Shown piece after piece: positions 24,514 to 35,341 of a DNA stretch of 41,945 bases; the stretch's first letter is position 1; every line of letters begins with the position of its first letter. The stretch comes from an uncultured Roseivirgaceae bacterium (GTDB taxonomy: Bacteria; Bacteroidota; Bacteroidia; Cytophagales; Cyclobacteriaceae): positions 1-41,945 of the forward strand of contig CAZHZP010000001.1 in NCBI GenBank assembly GCA_964537165.1. Reading direction: 5' to 3'. Under the pieces are notes generated by a model. It had not been told where the DNA came from. It saw only the letters and a list, made by a program, of their open reading frames with translations, and did no database searches. A program made the position numbers and the translations under genes.

Positions 24514-26865
24514 ATGAAAAAGAAAGATATCTTATCCGACATGCTGCTGGACGGCTTTCTGGAAGAAAGTTCCACACCATTCGATATTAGATCAGCGATC
24601 TTTAAATATCTGAGATATTGGTGGCTTTTTGTTCTTGGCCTTATGGTCTGCCTTGGGGGAGCCATTGCCTATTTGTTCTTCGAAACACCATTATATCGAG
24701 CATCCGCTTCTTTATTAATTAAGGTCGATAAAGGGATTGGCTTTACACAAAACGCGGTGTTTAGTGATCTGGAAGCTTATGAATCTAACAGTAAAATCGA
24801 AAATGAGCTGGAGATCATTGGCTCATACAGCATTGTCAGAGATGCTATCGAGGAATTGCCGCTTCATGCCTCCTATTTTGTCGAAGACAGATATTCGCGA
24901 AGAAAGGAAATTTACGGTGAACAAGTCCCTGTCAGTGTTGTAGTAGAGGAATTGAGCGCTGCCGGAATTGCACCCGACGACCGCACCATAAAGATACATT
25001 TAGCCACAGATGATTTTACCATTGAATCCCCTGAAGGTAATCTCAAAAAAATCAAATATGGGGAGAAAATTGAAAATTGGTATGGTGTTTTTTCTATTGA
25101 AAAAGTCAGGCCCTTTGGTGAAGAGACTCCTTCAACCTTAATTATATCCCTGAATAATAAGGATTTGCTTGCAGGAAGATTTAGCGGTGCTCTAACGGTT
25201 GAACAATCGAACCGTTTTTCATCGGTGGTTAATTTAAGTTTGATAGATCCCGTCCCGGCAAAAGCCAAGGATATTTTAAACAAAGTAGTGGAAGTCTATA
25301 ACTTCCAGGCCGTAAAGGAAAAAAACATTATTGCCACCAACACCCTAGAATTTATCGATGAACAACTGGTGGCTTTAACTGAGGAATTAGAGAGTATTGA
25401 AGAAAAAATTGAAGCCTATAAAAGAAATTATAACATCTCGGATTTATCCTCCGAACTAGCTAATTCCCTTCAGAGCAGCTCAGATTTTGAGTCACAGCTC
25501 TCCAGAAACCGCACTCAGATGGAGGTATTAGAGTCGATAGAGCGCTATCTTAACAATCCATCGGGAATGACAGAGGTCACAAGTTCGCTTACCATAGAAG
25601 ATAATACCTTGGCGGCTTTAGTGATGAAGTTCAATGAAGTGCAGAGTGAAAAGGAAAGGCTTCTCCGTACGCTTCAGCCAAATAATCCCCTGATTGTAAA
25701 TTTAGAGGATCAATTAGCTTCACTTAAACAAAATATTCTCACAAACCTGTCCAATATTAAAGCCGGCTTGGATATTCAGAACAAAAACATGCAATCCAGA
25801 GCGGCAGAGCTGGACCACAGGGTACGTTCTGTGCCTGAAATCGAAAGAGGCCTGCTGGAACTGACTAGGGAACAAGGGATAAAGCAAGAACATTATCTTT
25901 ATCTGGTGAAAAAAAGGGAGGAATCTCAACTTTCACTTGCTGCTACTACAGTGTCCAATTCAAGAATAATCGACGCAGCATCCGGAGGCGGAGGACCGGT
26001 TAAACCTAATAGAAAACTGATTTTGGGCATGGCATTTATGATGGGCATGGGCTTACCTTTTGGATTCATTTATCTCAAAAACATGCTTAGCGGAAAGATT
26101 ATTCAAAAACAGGAAATAAGGAAAATTACTTCCCTTCCCATTATAGCGGAAATATCGCATCATAACATGAAGGAACCCTTGGCGATTTCTGAAAAGAAGA
26201 GAACTCCTATTGCAGAACAATTCAGATTATTGCGAACCAATTTGAAATTTCAGAATACTGGGCTCGAGGACAGGGTTATTCTGGTTACCTCCAGCATAAG
26301 CGGCGAGGGAAAAACATTTTTCAGCCTTAATTTTGGAGTGAGTCTAAGCTTGACGGGCAAGAAAGTGATCATCTTGGAATTTGACCTGAGAAAGCCAGCT
26401 TTGTTGGAAAGTGTTGCTGTTAAAAGCAGGACAGGCATTACAGATTATTTGAATTCTGAAGATCCGGTAATTGATGATTTTATTATTAAGTTCGATCCGG
26501 TTTCCAACCTGTATTTGTTAGGGTGCGGAAGTTTACCGGATGACCCAGCAGAAATCATGTTGAGTCCGAAGGTAGGTCGATTAATTGAAGAGCTAAAAGA
26601 AAGGTTTGACTACATCATACTGGACACCGCCCCAGTGGGCACTGTCGCTGACGCCTTTAATTTAGTTTCTTATTCGGATTACTCCTTATTTATAATCCGG
26701 TACAACTATACAACCAAGCAACATCTTAATTTTATAGAGGAAAATAATTTCAGCAACAAACTCAAAAGACCGCTGATAGTCTTGAACGGTGCTAAAGCCG
26801 TTGCTGGAAACTATAGTTATGGTTATGGCTATGGCTATGAAAAAAAGAACAAGGTGTATTCTTAA
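24514..26865 (+). CDS. wzc: polysaccharide co-polymerase / tyrosine autokinase (Wzc, GumC-like)
   Basis: N-terminal Wzz-like TM plus a coiled-coil periplasmic region and a second TM. C-terminal kinase with Walker A SSISGEGKTF, A' ILEFDLRKP and B IILDTAPVG, then a Tyr-rich tail NYSYGYGYGYEKKNKVYS. Confidence 0.9.
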   Translation: MKKKDILSDMLLDGFLEESSTPFDIRSAIFKYLRYWWLFVLGLMVCLGGAIAYLFFETPLYRASASLLIKVDKGIGFTQNAVFSDLEAYESNSKIENELEIIGSYSIVRDAIEELPLHASYFVEDRYSRRKEIYGEQVPVSVVVEELSAAGIAPDDRTIKIHLATDDFTIESPEGNLKKIKYGEKIENWYGVFSIEKVRPFGEETPSTLIISLNNKDLLAGRFSGALTVEQSNRFSSVVNLSLIDPVPAKAKDILNKVVEVYNFQAVKEKNIIATNTLEFIDEQLVALTEELESIEEKIEAYKRNYNISDLSSELANSLQSSSDFESQLSRNRTQMEVLESIERYLNNPSGMTEVTSSLTIEDNTLAALVMKFNEVQSEKERLLRTLQPNNPLIVNLEDQLASLKQNILTNLSNIKAGLDIQNKNMQSRAAELDHRVRSVPEIERGLLELTREQGIKQEHYLYLVKKREESQLSLAATTVSNSRIIDAASGGGGPVKPNRKLILGMAFMMGMGLPFGFIYLKNMLSGKIIQKQEIRKITSLPIIAEISHHNMKEPLAISEKKRTPIAEQFRLLRTNLKFQNTGLEDRVILVTSSISGEGKTFFSLNFGVSLSLTGKKVIILEFDLRKPALLESVAVKSRTGITDYLNSEDPVIDDFIIKFDPVSNLYLLGCGSLPDDPAEIMLSPKVGRLIEELKERFDYIILDTAPVGTVADAFNLVSYSDYSLFIIRYNYTTKQHLNFIEENNFSNKLKRPLIVLNGAKAVAGNYSYGYGYGYEKKNKVYS

Positions 26866-26964
26866 AGGAGCCTTACACCATCTTTTTTCAGGATCGCCCA
26901 TTAAATGGACGTAGATAATTCTACACCCGCTTAAATCTCTTTTGCATCTATATTAAGATATACC

Positions 26965-28341
26965 TTGAGTTCTTTCATTAGTAAATCCCTATCGTCAATA
27001 AATGAAAAGCTTGGTAAAGGTCAAGGACGGACTGTTAAAGCCAAAAAAAACATAGTAGGCTCCATTTTCATCAAAGGGGCAAGTATTGCCATAAGTTTGG
27101 TGATGCTTCCACTCACCCTAGACTATGTCAACTCTACGCAGTACGGGATATGGTTGGCATTAAGCTCGATCGTAGGCTGGTTTAGTTTTTTTAACATTGG
27201 GTTAACCAATGGGTTACGAAATAAATTTGCCGAAGCCAAGGCCTTAGGGGACGACAGCGGCGCCCAGACCTACGTAAGTACGACGTATGCTACTCTCATC
27301 CTTATTTTTTCAGCAGTTTGGATCATTTTTTTAGTGATTAACCCCTTGCTTGATTGGGCCAAAATTTTGAATGTGCCCGCTGAAATGAGAGCAGAAGTTT
27401 CTATGTTGGCAGTTATTGTTTTCACCTACTTCTGCTTACAGTTCATTTTAAAGATCATTACTACCTTGATCGTTGCAGACCAACAACCCGCCAAGTCATC
27501 TTTAATAGACTTGTTGGGGCAGGTAATCTCGATGCTTTTTATTTTTGTTCTAATAAAAACAACTGAGGGATCTCTGATCAAATTGGGCTGGGCTCTATGT
27601 CTTTCTCCCATAATTGTGCTTATAGGCGCAAACATCTTCTTTTTTAGGAAAAAGTATTATATATACAGGCCTCTCATTTCCAAGATCGACTTTTCCCAAT
27701 CAAAATCACTCTTCAATTTAGGGTTAACTTTCTTTATCATACAGATTGCGTCACTAATACAATATCAGTCCGCCAATATCATCATTGCGCAAGGCTTTGG
27801 CACTGAAGAGGTCACCTCCTACAATGTAGTGTATAGATATTTTAATGTGATAGGAATGGCTTTTGGCATCTTTCTGGCTCCGTTTTGGTCCGCCGCTACC
27901 GATGCCTTTTTTAAAAATGACATACCCTGGATAAAAAAAGCGATAACAAGATACCTGCAGCTGGGCATCTTGTTACTATGCGGCGGGGGGATCATGCTAT
28001 TGTTTTCGGAGCAGGTTTATCAACTCTGGCTCCAAGACAAAGTGGACATTGACTTCACGCTGTCTTTATGGGGATACATATTCATTTGCTCTTTTACCTT
28101 CGCCAGCATCTTTGTCAATTTTCTCAATGGTATCAGCGCCTTAAAAATCCAGTTCTGGGCCAGCTTGATAAGCCCAGTAATCTACGTTGCCGTAGCCCTA
28201 CTTCTAATCAATTATTATGGTGTGGGCGTACATGCACTATTTATTGCCTCTTTGGTTGCCAACATCAACGGCATCATAATAGCCCCTATCCAATATTATT
28301 TAATAGTATATAAAAAGAAAAAAGGCATATGGTTGAGATAA
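26965..28341 (+). CDS. wzx: oligosaccharide-unit flippase (Wzx, MOP superfamily)
   Basis: 458 aa with about 12-14 hydrophobic helices. N-terminus ...KKNIVGSIFIKGASIAISLVMLPL is typical of polysaccharide biosynthesis (Wzx) proteins. TTG start; there is no in-frame ATG before the first helix. Confidence 0.75.
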   Translation: MSSFISKSLSSINEKLGKGQGRTVKAKKNIVGSIFIKGASIAISLVMLPLTLDYVNSTQYGIWLALSSIVGWFSFFNIGLTNGLRNKFAEAKALGDDSGAQTYVSTTYATLILIFSAVWIIFLVINPLLDWAKILNVPAEMRAEVSMLAVIVFTYFCLQFILKIITTLIVADQQPAKSSLIDLLGQVISMLFIFVLIKTTEGSLIKLGWALCLSPIIVLIGANIFFFRKKYYIYRPLISKIDFSQSKSLFNLGLTFFIIQIASLIQYQSANIIIAQGFGTEEVTSYNVVYRYFNVIGMAFGIFLAPFWSAATDAFFKNDIPWIKKAITRYLQLGILLLCGGGIMLLFSEQVYQLWLQDKVDIDFTLSLWGYIFICSFTFASIFVNFLNGISALKIQFWASLISPVIYVAVALLLINYYGVGVHALFIASLVANINGIIIAPIQYYLIVYKKKKGIWLR

Positions 28342-29591
28342 ATCAACACAAATACCCCAAAATCGTACATCTACAATATGGATCTAGCCCTTCGGGTAAT
28401 TATACTATACGGCAACATCAAGCATTTTTAAAAGCTGGATTTGATTCCAAGGTTTTATCTATGCATTCAGATGTAACCGGGGATCCACGAGTTCAGAATC
28501 TCGGCAAGGGAGCAAAGTTACGGGGAAGGATAAATCAAAAATTACAGGGGATCGTGACTAAGAACCGGAACAAAGAATATGGGGGGTTCTCTTGTTCTTT
28601 TATTGGTTCCGATGTAAGTACACACCCACTTGTGACCGAGGCGGACGTCGTTTACGTACATTGGGTTTTGGGCGGATTCATGAGCATTAAAAACTTAGAA
28701 CAACTGGCCAGTTTAGGCAAGCCCATGATTATGGTGATGCATGATATGTGGGCTTTGACTGGGGGATGCTCCCATAGTTTTGACTGTCCTAAATTTAACA
28801 CCCACTGTCACAATTGCCCCATACTTGCCGGAGACAAAGAGCGTGATCTTTCTTTTAAACAATTTGAAAGAAAGATGAAGCTTTATGAAAATAACGATAA
28901 TATATATTTTGTCTCTCCTAGCGTATGGCTGTACAACCTAGCCAAAAATGCGCCTCTGACGAAAAATAAACCTATCTTTCATATCCCAAATGTTATTGAC
29001 ACTTCCATATTCAAACCTTTTGATAAAAAGGTTGCGAAAAAAATATTGAACATCAATGAAGACGCTTTGGCCATTTCATTTGGCGCAAATAAAATTACCA
29101 GCCCTTACAAAGGGTGGAAATACCTCGAGGAGGCGTTACAAAAGTTAGCACAGAAGAGACTCTCTAAGGATATCCAAGTCCTTGTCTTTGGAAGCGGTGA
29201 CAACGAAGAGATCAGAAGACTAATTCCTTTTAATACCATATTTATGGGCTATATTAAAGATGATTATGCCACAAACTTAATTTACAATGCCTCCGATGTC
29301 TTCGTAGTACCCTCTATGGCAGATAACTTACCAACCACCATTTTAGAAAGTATGAGTTGTGGCACCGCAGTAGTAGGGTTTAAGGTGGGAGGCATCCCAG
29401 ATATGATTACTCACAAAGAAAATGGCTATCTAGCTAGGTACAAAGACGCAGATGACCTGGCAGAAGGGATTGAGTACTGTATCGACAATAACATTAAAGG
29501 CACCCTCGCCCCCCGATTCAGCATGAACAGGTTCATTCAAGATCATTTGGATCTCCTTTCTACTATAAAACCCTTATCCGGAAATAGATAA
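28329..29591 (+). CDS. glycosyltransferase, GT4-like (GT-B fold)
   Basis: C-terminal half has the ...VFVVPSMADNLPTTILESMSCGTAVVGFKVGGIPDMI... motif (D/E-x7-E type). It overlaps the wzx 3' end by 13 nt. Confidence 0.85.
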   Translation: MVEINQHKYPKIVHLQYGSSPSGNYTIRQHQAFLKAGFDSKVLSMHSDVTGDPRVQNLGKGAKLRGRINQKLQGIVTKNRNKEYGGFSCSFIGSDVSTHPLVTEADVVYVHWVLGGFMSIKNLEQLASLGKPMIMVMHDMWALTGGCSHSFDCPKFNTHCHNCPILAGDKERDLSFKQFERKMKLYENNDNIYFVSPSVWLYNLAKNAPLTKNKPIFHIPNVIDTSIFKPFDKKVAKKILNINEDALAISFGANKITSPYKGWKYLEEALQKLAQKRLSKDIQVLVFGSGDNEEIRRLIPFNTIFMGYIKDDYATNLIYNASDVFVVPSMADNLPTTILESMSCGTAVVGFKVGGIPDMITHKENGYLARYKDADDLAEGIEYCIDNNIKGTLAPRFSMNRFIQDHLDLLSTIKPLSGNR

Positions 29592-29592
29592 A

Positions 29593-30858
29593 GTGCAGAC
29601 AGCAACTAGAAGTTTAGCAAGAACCATCCTATATTATGATAGGACGGAGTTGATCGCCCTAAACCTATTTTGGATTGGTTTTATCATGTATTCGTCTGCA
29701 TGGACAGCTTCCCAAACCTTCAAAGTGAGTGCGGCCTTATGCGGACTGATCCAAATTGCAGGTATGTGTCTGTTTATTCCTACAGGTTTTAGATTGATTA
29801 GATTTGAATTCGGTAGTGAATATCAAAAAGTAACGTTTATAATGTTTTTTACTTGGGCGGTGACTATCGTAATCCGCGGCCTCGCTCTTGACGAAGATTT
29901 TATCAGAGGATTTTTCTTCAATCCTTGGTTTGGCGGATTTTTGTACTTTGTGCCGTTGATAATGCTCTTCCCACAAAAGCTGATCTATTATAAAAAAATA
30001 TTTGATGCTATCATCATTATAGGTGCTATCTATATCCTGCTTGATATAATGTTTATCTCAGACCTGATGAACCCTGATATCGAAAATATAAGAAGTAGGG
30101 CCATCGTGGAGTATTTTTCAAAAAACCTCGGTGTACCAGCCATATTCATACTTCTAACTTATGTCTACCATACAAAAAACCGAATTCTCTTCTCAGTTGC
30201 TGTCCTTCTTCTAACCTTGTTCTTTGCCATCGTTAGGGCACGAAGGGGGCTCATCTTCATGACCATAGGGCCTTTGTTCTTTATCTACCTATTATACTGG
30301 TTCAACAGCAAGAGAAAATTGCTGATGATGATTTTGTCCTGGAGCCTAGTTCTAATGGTGGGCGCTGGGCTTGTTTATTATCTAAACAACTACGAGGTCA
30401 ATATTTTTGAGGGTTTGGAAGAACGCGGTACGCAAGATACCCGTACAGGCGTTGAAGTCTACTTTTATGGCGACATGGAACAGGTAGATTGGATAGTGGG
30501 GAGGGGAATGATGGGCGAGTACTATTCTCCAACTATGGCAGCGGGCAATCGTAGGGGAACCATTGAAACTGACTACCTCAACATGATTTTAAAGGGAGGG
30601 ATCGTCAACTTGGTACTATTGTTGTTAATCTTGATCCCGGCTATGATTAACGGAATTTTTCGCTCCAAAAACACCCTTTCTAAAGCTGCTGGGCTTTGGA
30701 TTCTCATCTGGTTATTGAACACTTATCCTTCTACCGTACAGGTATTTTCCATGTACTATATGCTGGTCTGGATATCCGTAAGCATTTGTTATTCAAAAAC
30801 CATTAGAAACATCCCGGAGGAATTCATGATATCCTATTTTAAGTCTCCAAGAAGTTAA
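29593..30858 (+). CDS. wzy: O-antigen polymerase/ligase-family membrane protein (Wzy-like)
   Basis: About 10 hydrophobic helices with one large loop (ERGTQDTRTGVEVYF...GRGMMGEYY...RRGTIETDYLNMILKGGIVN), resembling the Wzy_C loop and following helix. GTG start 1 nt after the preceding stop. Confidence 0.6.
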   Translation: MQTATRSLARTILYYDRTELIALNLFWIGFIMYSSAWTASQTFKVSAALCGLIQIAGMCLFIPTGFRLIRFEFGSEYQKVTFIMFFTWAVTIVIRGLALDEDFIRGFFFNPWFGGFLYFVPLIMLFPQKLIYYKKIFDAIIIIGAIYILLDIMFISDLMNPDIENIRSRAIVEYFSKNLGVPAIFILLTYVYHTKNRILFSVAVLLLTLFFAIVRARRGLIFMTIGPLFFIYLLYWFNSKRKLLMMILSWSLVLMVGAGLVYYLNNYEVNIFEGLEERGTQDTRTGVEVYFYGDMEQVDWIVGRGMMGEYYSPTMAAGNRRGTIETDYLNMILKGGIVNLVLLLLILIPAMINGIFRSKNTLSKAAGLWILIWLLNTYPSTVQVFSMYYMLVWISVSICYSKTIRNIPEEFMISYFKSPRS

Positions 30859-30870
30859 TACAAAAACAAT

Positions 30871-31917
30871 ATGTCAAAAGTTGCGATAATCACTAAACCA
30901 AAAAACAGCAGCCCCAAAGTTTTGGCTATTTGTCTAAATCATTTCCTTAAAGATAATGGATACAACGCTGATCTTTTCTTTAAAATAGAAGTATTCAAAC
31001 GACTGTTAAGTTATTATGACGTAAAAAATAAATACAACATTTTATCTTGGAGACTATATCAAGCGATCCATTATATATCCGACCGATGGTTCCTGAAAAA
31101 GCTAAAAACTTATGACGCCATTATTATCGCAGAAACATCTCCACGCATTTATTTTAAAGACATCTACAACATAAGTCTTCTGAAGGAAAAACTTGGCGAT
31201 ATCCCGATTGTTTATCATGGGGTTTACTTTTTGGGAAATGCACCCACGATGGTAGAAATGCTAGCGGAAAATGGGCAGTATTCTTCTAAAATTTTTGATT
31301 GGCATTTATCAGTATCTGAAGTTACCGAAATCCGTCAAAAGCCCACTCCACCCTGGAGCACTATAGGCATGTATTTAAAATCCACTGGACTAAAACCTCG
31401 TCCCAAAAAAGAGCTATTTGCTCTGGTGGATTTCGAAAGAGAAGGCCATGAGGAAACCAGGAAAATACAAATAGAAACTTTGGAAGCGCTGGACATCCCA
31501 TATGTCGCCCTAAGCGGATCGTTTTCTATTGAGGAGATAAGAGAACTATACAAAAAAGCCACGTTCTATTTCATTCAATTTGCGGAGTCTTTCGGCGTTC
31601 CTATCGCCGAATGCTTAAGTTGTGGCTCTTATATATTCACCCCCGATAGTTCTTGGGGAATGGCTTGGAGATTGGATGAAAACCCACAAATTCACGGGCC
31701 TGGTACTTTAGCGGATTGTTTTGTTGTGTATGAAGACCAGAAAGATCTTACTAAGAAGTTGGAGAACTTGCAAGCCAATTATGATCTGGAGGAAACCCCG
31801 AAAAAAGTATTCAATATATTTCATGAGAATTATCCCCATTACTATGACGGTAATGTTACAATTTTGAAGGATTTTATGGATAGAGTTGCCAGCAAAACCT
31901 TAAAGCAAAAAAACTGA
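30871..31917 (+). CDS. glycosyltransferase-like protein (GT-B fold inferred; family not recognised)
   Basis: The only recognisable element is FIQFAESFGVPIAECLSCGSYIFTP, an E-x7-E plus Gly-rich turn pattern like the GT1/GT4 C-terminal domain. Otherwise no family signature. Confidence 0.5.
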   Translation: MSKVAIITKPKNSSPKVLAICLNHFLKDNGYNADLFFKIEVFKRLLSYYDVKNKYNILSWRLYQAIHYISDRWFLKKLKTYDAIIIAETSPRIYFKDIYNISLLKEKLGDIPIVYHGVYFLGNAPTMVEMLAENGQYSSKIFDWHLSVSEVTEIRQKPTPPWSTIGMYLKSTGLKPRPKKELFALVDFEREGHEETRKIQIETLEALDIPYVALSGSFSIEEIRELYKKATFYFIQFAESFGVPIAECLSCGSYIFTPDSSWGMAWRLDENPQIHGPGTLADCFVVYEDQKDLTKKLENLQANYDLEETPKKVFNIFHENYPHYYDGNVTILKDFMDRVASKTLKQKN

Positions 31918-32007
31918 TATTTCAAGATGTCCATAGGCCATAATAGACGATATTAAAAGCTGGCCTTAAGAGTCTTGTAGTTGATATGCCAAGCGTGAAT
32001 AAAAAAT

Positions 32008-33009
32008 ATGAGTAAAGTATTTTTGTATCCCAAAGCTGACAAGATAATGGGATCCCCTAACCCCTATATCACCAATTTTATCTATAGCTTGTCTACAGAT
32101 CACAAAGTAGTTAATGAAAGAGCAAAGAATAGAGGGGTACTCAACCTTTTTAGATACCTTCTAAAAGCAGACATTTTCATATTCAACTGGATTGAGAATC
32201 TTCCTGAAAAACGGTTTGGTAAGGTTCAGATAATACTTTTTTGTATTTTCATGGGTTTTGCAAAAGTTTTGCGAAAAAGAATTATTTGGATTCTCCACAA
32301 CAAATATTCGCACCATAAAAAGAAGGACCGGTGGATCGATTTTATGTACTTTTTTATGATGAAAAATGCAGATAAAATTATAACCCATTCTGAGTCCGGG
32401 AAGGAATTTGTGAATTCCAATTTTCCTAAATCTTTAGATAAGGTGGAAGTCATCACACATCCTGTAACCTCAATGTTCAATTTAGAGCCGGTTAGCGACA
32501 AGCCTTATGATTTTATTATTTGGGGCACCATATTTCCGTACAAGGGAATAGATAGGTTTTTAAGGTTTTTAAAGGAATCTCCCCATGATTTTGATTATAA
32601 AATCTTGTTAGTCGGCAAATGCTTCGACGAAAAATATAAGGCGATTATTGAAGATCTTTTAACTGCAAACATACATTTCTATAACCAAATATTTGACCAT
32701 GAGATGATCGCTCAATTTTCAAATCAATCGAAATTCACTCTTTTCACCTACAAGTCAGACTCGGTTATTAGTTCGGGATCATTAATTGATGCTATCCGAA
32801 TGGGATCTACTATCATAGGACCGGATTATGGGAGCTTTAAGGACTTAAACCACTACAGTTTCGTGAACACGTATGATTCCTATGAGGATATTTTTCGGAT
32901 TCACAGGGAATATGAGCAGGACCTTATAAAAGAAAAAGAAGAGCGTAGCAAATTTTATGAAGCAAACAACTGGAAGGTCTTTATCCAAAAACTCCAAAAA
33001 AGCTTTTAG
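32008..33009 (+). CDS. glycosyltransferase-like protein (GT-B fold inferred)
   Basis: FIIWGTIFPYKGIDRFLRFL (start of the C-terminal Rossmann domain) and ISSGSLIDAIRMGSTIIGPDYGSFKDL resemble GT4-like enzymes, but the acidic motif is degenerate. Confidence 0.5.
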   Translation: MSKVFLYPKADKIMGSPNPYITNFIYSLSTDHKVVNERAKNRGVLNLFRYLLKADIFIFNWIENLPEKRFGKVQIILFCIFMGFAKVLRKRIIWILHNKYSHHKKKDRWIDFMYFFMMKNADKIITHSESGKEFVNSNFPKSLDKVEVITHPVTSMFNLEPVSDKPYDFIIWGTIFPYKGIDRFLRFLKESPHDFDYKILLVGKCFDEKYKAIIEDLLTANIHFYNQIFDHEMIAQFSNQSKFTLFTYKSDSVISSGSLIDAIRMGSTIIGPDYGSFKDLNHYSFVNTYDSYEDIFRIHREYEQDLIKEKEERSKFYEANNWKVFIQKLQKSF

Positions 33010-33118
33010 AATTTAACTCTTCGGATCCAAAGGATCAATCCGAGCTAAAGTGTTATTTGCACTGCGCATAGCAAAACATTAAATTTTATTTAGAGATAAT
33101 TTATAAAAAAAGTATACG

Positions 33119-35293
33119 ATGAAGCAGGTAATCCAAAATTTTAAAACAGGAGAACTATATGTGGATGAGGTACCAGTACCTTCTATATCTGGCGGTATGG
33201 TTTTAGTGGAAAATGAATACTCCTTAATAAGTGCGGGAACAGAGCGAGGAACGGTAAAAGTAGCACAGGCTAATTTAATTGGAAAGGCTAAGCAGCGCCC
33301 TGACCTGGTTGCACAGGTGATACAAAATGTCAAAAAAGAAGGTTTAAGCGCAACGTTTAATAAGGTTAAGACAAAACTGGATTCTTTGAAGGCTCTGGGC
33401 TACAGCACTTCAGGAACAGTATTGACATCCCTTGACACCAAGGGAATGTTTAAGCCAGGAGATCGGGTGGCTTGTGCTGGGGCCGACTATGCCTCCCACG
33501 CCGAGGTGGTCGCAATACCACAAAATTTATTAGTCAAAGTGCCTGATAATGTCGGATCAGATGAAGCCGCATTTACCACCCTAGGCGCCATAGCACTGCA
33601 GGGACTTCGACAAGCAGAACCAAGACTTGGAGAAAAAGTATGCGTAATAGGGCTGGGCTTGTTGGGCCAAATCACCGTGCAGCTTCTAAAAGCAAACGGG
33701 TGTACCGTATTCGGAATCGACATGGCCGAAGAATTAATTTCATTGGCCAAAAACTCAGGTGCTGAGACAGCCATGCACAGGACAGATCCCAATCTAATAT
33801 CTATCTGTGAAAACTTCACATCCGGCAATGGCTTTGATTCGATCATTATTACTGCCGCGACATCCTCAAATGACCCTATCGTATTGGCAACCGAAATTGC
33901 CAGAAAAAAAGGGAAGATCATCGTGGTCGGGGCTGTAAAAATGGATATCCCCAGAGACCCATTTTTCTACAGGAATGAGCTGGAGCTAAAAATCAGTTGC
34001 TCCTACGGCCCCGGCAGATATGATGTAAATTATGAAGAGTTAGGTCATGATTATCCTTATGCCTACGTGAGGTGGACCGAACAACGGAATATGGAAGCAT
34101 TTTTGGGATTGTTATCGCAAAAATCAATCAATATAAAGCCGCTTATCACCCATATATTTGATCTTACAGAAGCAGAAAAAGCTTATGATCTCGTCATGGG
34201 AAAAATAAAAGAGCCGCATATTGGAATACTACTACAATACGCCAAAAGCCCGCGCAAGCACGTAACAAAGACTATAATTAATCGTGAGGCCATCAAGTCG
34301 GTTAACACAGGCTTTATAGGGGCCGGAAGCTTTGCGCAAAGCTATTTGGTACCAAATGTAAAAGCTTGGGGTGCCTCATTGGATGGGGTGGTTACTTCTA
34401 AAGGAATCACCGCAAAAAACGTGTTAGATAAGTTTAAATTCAACTACTGCACTACAGAAGCTAATGACATATTGGATAATCCCGATATTAACACTGTTTT
34501 TATCGCCACCCCTCATGCCTCACATGCGGCGTTAGTAGTTGGCTCATTAAAAGCCAAAAAAAATGTCTTTGTTGAAAAACCTTTGGCGATGAGCCTTGAT
34601 CAGCTAAAGGAAATCATAAAAGCGAAAGATGAAAATAATCTGCCCGTAATGGTGGGCTTCAACCGCCGTTTCTCTCCCTTAGCAAAAGAAATTAAAAAGG
34701 AGTTTAAAACTGTAGCAGAACCTTTCGTGATTAATATCAGAGTCAATGCAGGATTTATTCCAAAAGACCACTGGTCTCAATTGGCAGATGTGGGAGGGGG
34801 AAGGATAATCGGTGAGGTTTGCCATTTCGTAGATTTGATGCAATATTTCACAGGCTCAGATCCTGAAAAAGTATATGCAGAATCCATTAGCTCTTCAAAT
34901 GAACTTATCACCGTTCACGATAACATTTCCGTTGTGATAAAATTCAAAGACGGTTCGGTAGGGAATTTAGTATATGTGGCGAATGGGGATAAGTCTATGC
35001 CTAAAGAATATATAGAGGTCTATTGTGCTGGCAATATAGGGGTTATAAACGATTTCAAAAGTGGCGCATTGCATAAGGCAGGCAAGATGACTAAACTCAA
35101 ATCCACTGGAAAAGGCCATAAAGAGGAAGTTTATCAATTTCTGGAAAACATAAAGCAGGGCAAAGAGAGTCCGATAGACTTCAATTCCCTCTGCTTGACG
35201 ACACTGACTACCTTTAAAATCCTAGACAGTTTGGCCACGGGGATGCCCCAGAAAATTACTTTAGGAGAATTAATGGATGTGGCACCGCAATAA
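33119..35293 (+). CDS. two-domain oxidoreductase: MDR/alcohol-dehydrogenase-like N-terminal half fused to a Gfo/Idh/MocA C-terminal half
   Basis: The N-terminal half has GroES-like plus Rossmann regions (EKVCVIGLGLLGQITVQLLKANG). The C-terminal half starts with NTGFIGAGSFAQSYLVPN and has VFIATPHASHAALV and VFVEKPLA, typical of Gfo/Idh/MocA enzymes. 724 aa in one ORF. Confidence 0.85.
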   Translation: MKQVIQNFKTGELYVDEVPVPSISGGMVLVENEYSLISAGTERGTVKVAQANLIGKAKQRPDLVAQVIQNVKKEGLSATFNKVKTKLDSLKALGYSTSGTVLTSLDTKGMFKPGDRVACAGADYASHAEVVAIPQNLLVKVPDNVGSDEAAFTTLGAIALQGLRQAEPRLGEKVCVIGLGLLGQITVQLLKANGCTVFGIDMAEELISLAKNSGAETAMHRTDPNLISICENFTSGNGFDSIIITAATSSNDPIVLATEIARKKGKIIVVGAVKMDIPRDPFFYRNELELKISCSYGPGRYDVNYEELGHDYPYAYVRWTEQRNMEAFLGLLSQKSINIKPLITHIFDLTEAEKAYDLVMGKIKEPHIGILLQYAKSPRKHVTKTIINREAIKSVNTGFIGAGSFAQSYLVPNVKAWGASLDGVVTSKGITAKNVLDKFKFNYCTTEANDILDNPDINTVFIATPHASHAALVVGSLKAKKNVFVEKPLAMSLDQLKEIIKAKDENNLPVMVGFNRRFSPLAKEIKKEFKTVAEPFVINIRVNAGFIPKDHWSQLADVGGGRIIGEVCHFVDLMQYFTGSDPEKVYAESISSSNELITVHDNISVVIKFKDGSVGNLVYVANGDKSMPKEYIEVYCAGNIGVINDFKSGALHKAGKMTKLKSTGKGHKEEVYQFLENIKQGKESPIDFNSLCLTTLTTFKILDSLATGMPQKITLGELMDVAPQ

Positions 35294-35341
35294 AATAAGC
35301 GCCAGCCTTCAGCCTAATACCAGTTTCTAAACCAATTTTGA

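Noticed and set aside
26812-26838. Tandem TATGGN hexamer repeats
   Set aside because: These are simply the codons of the Wzc C-terminal Tyr-Gly cluster (YSYGYGYGY), a normal feature of tyrosine autokinases. Not a CRISPR or satellite repeat.
33487-33921. 144-aa minus-strand ORF
   Set aside because: Antisense to the two-domain oxidoreductase gene.
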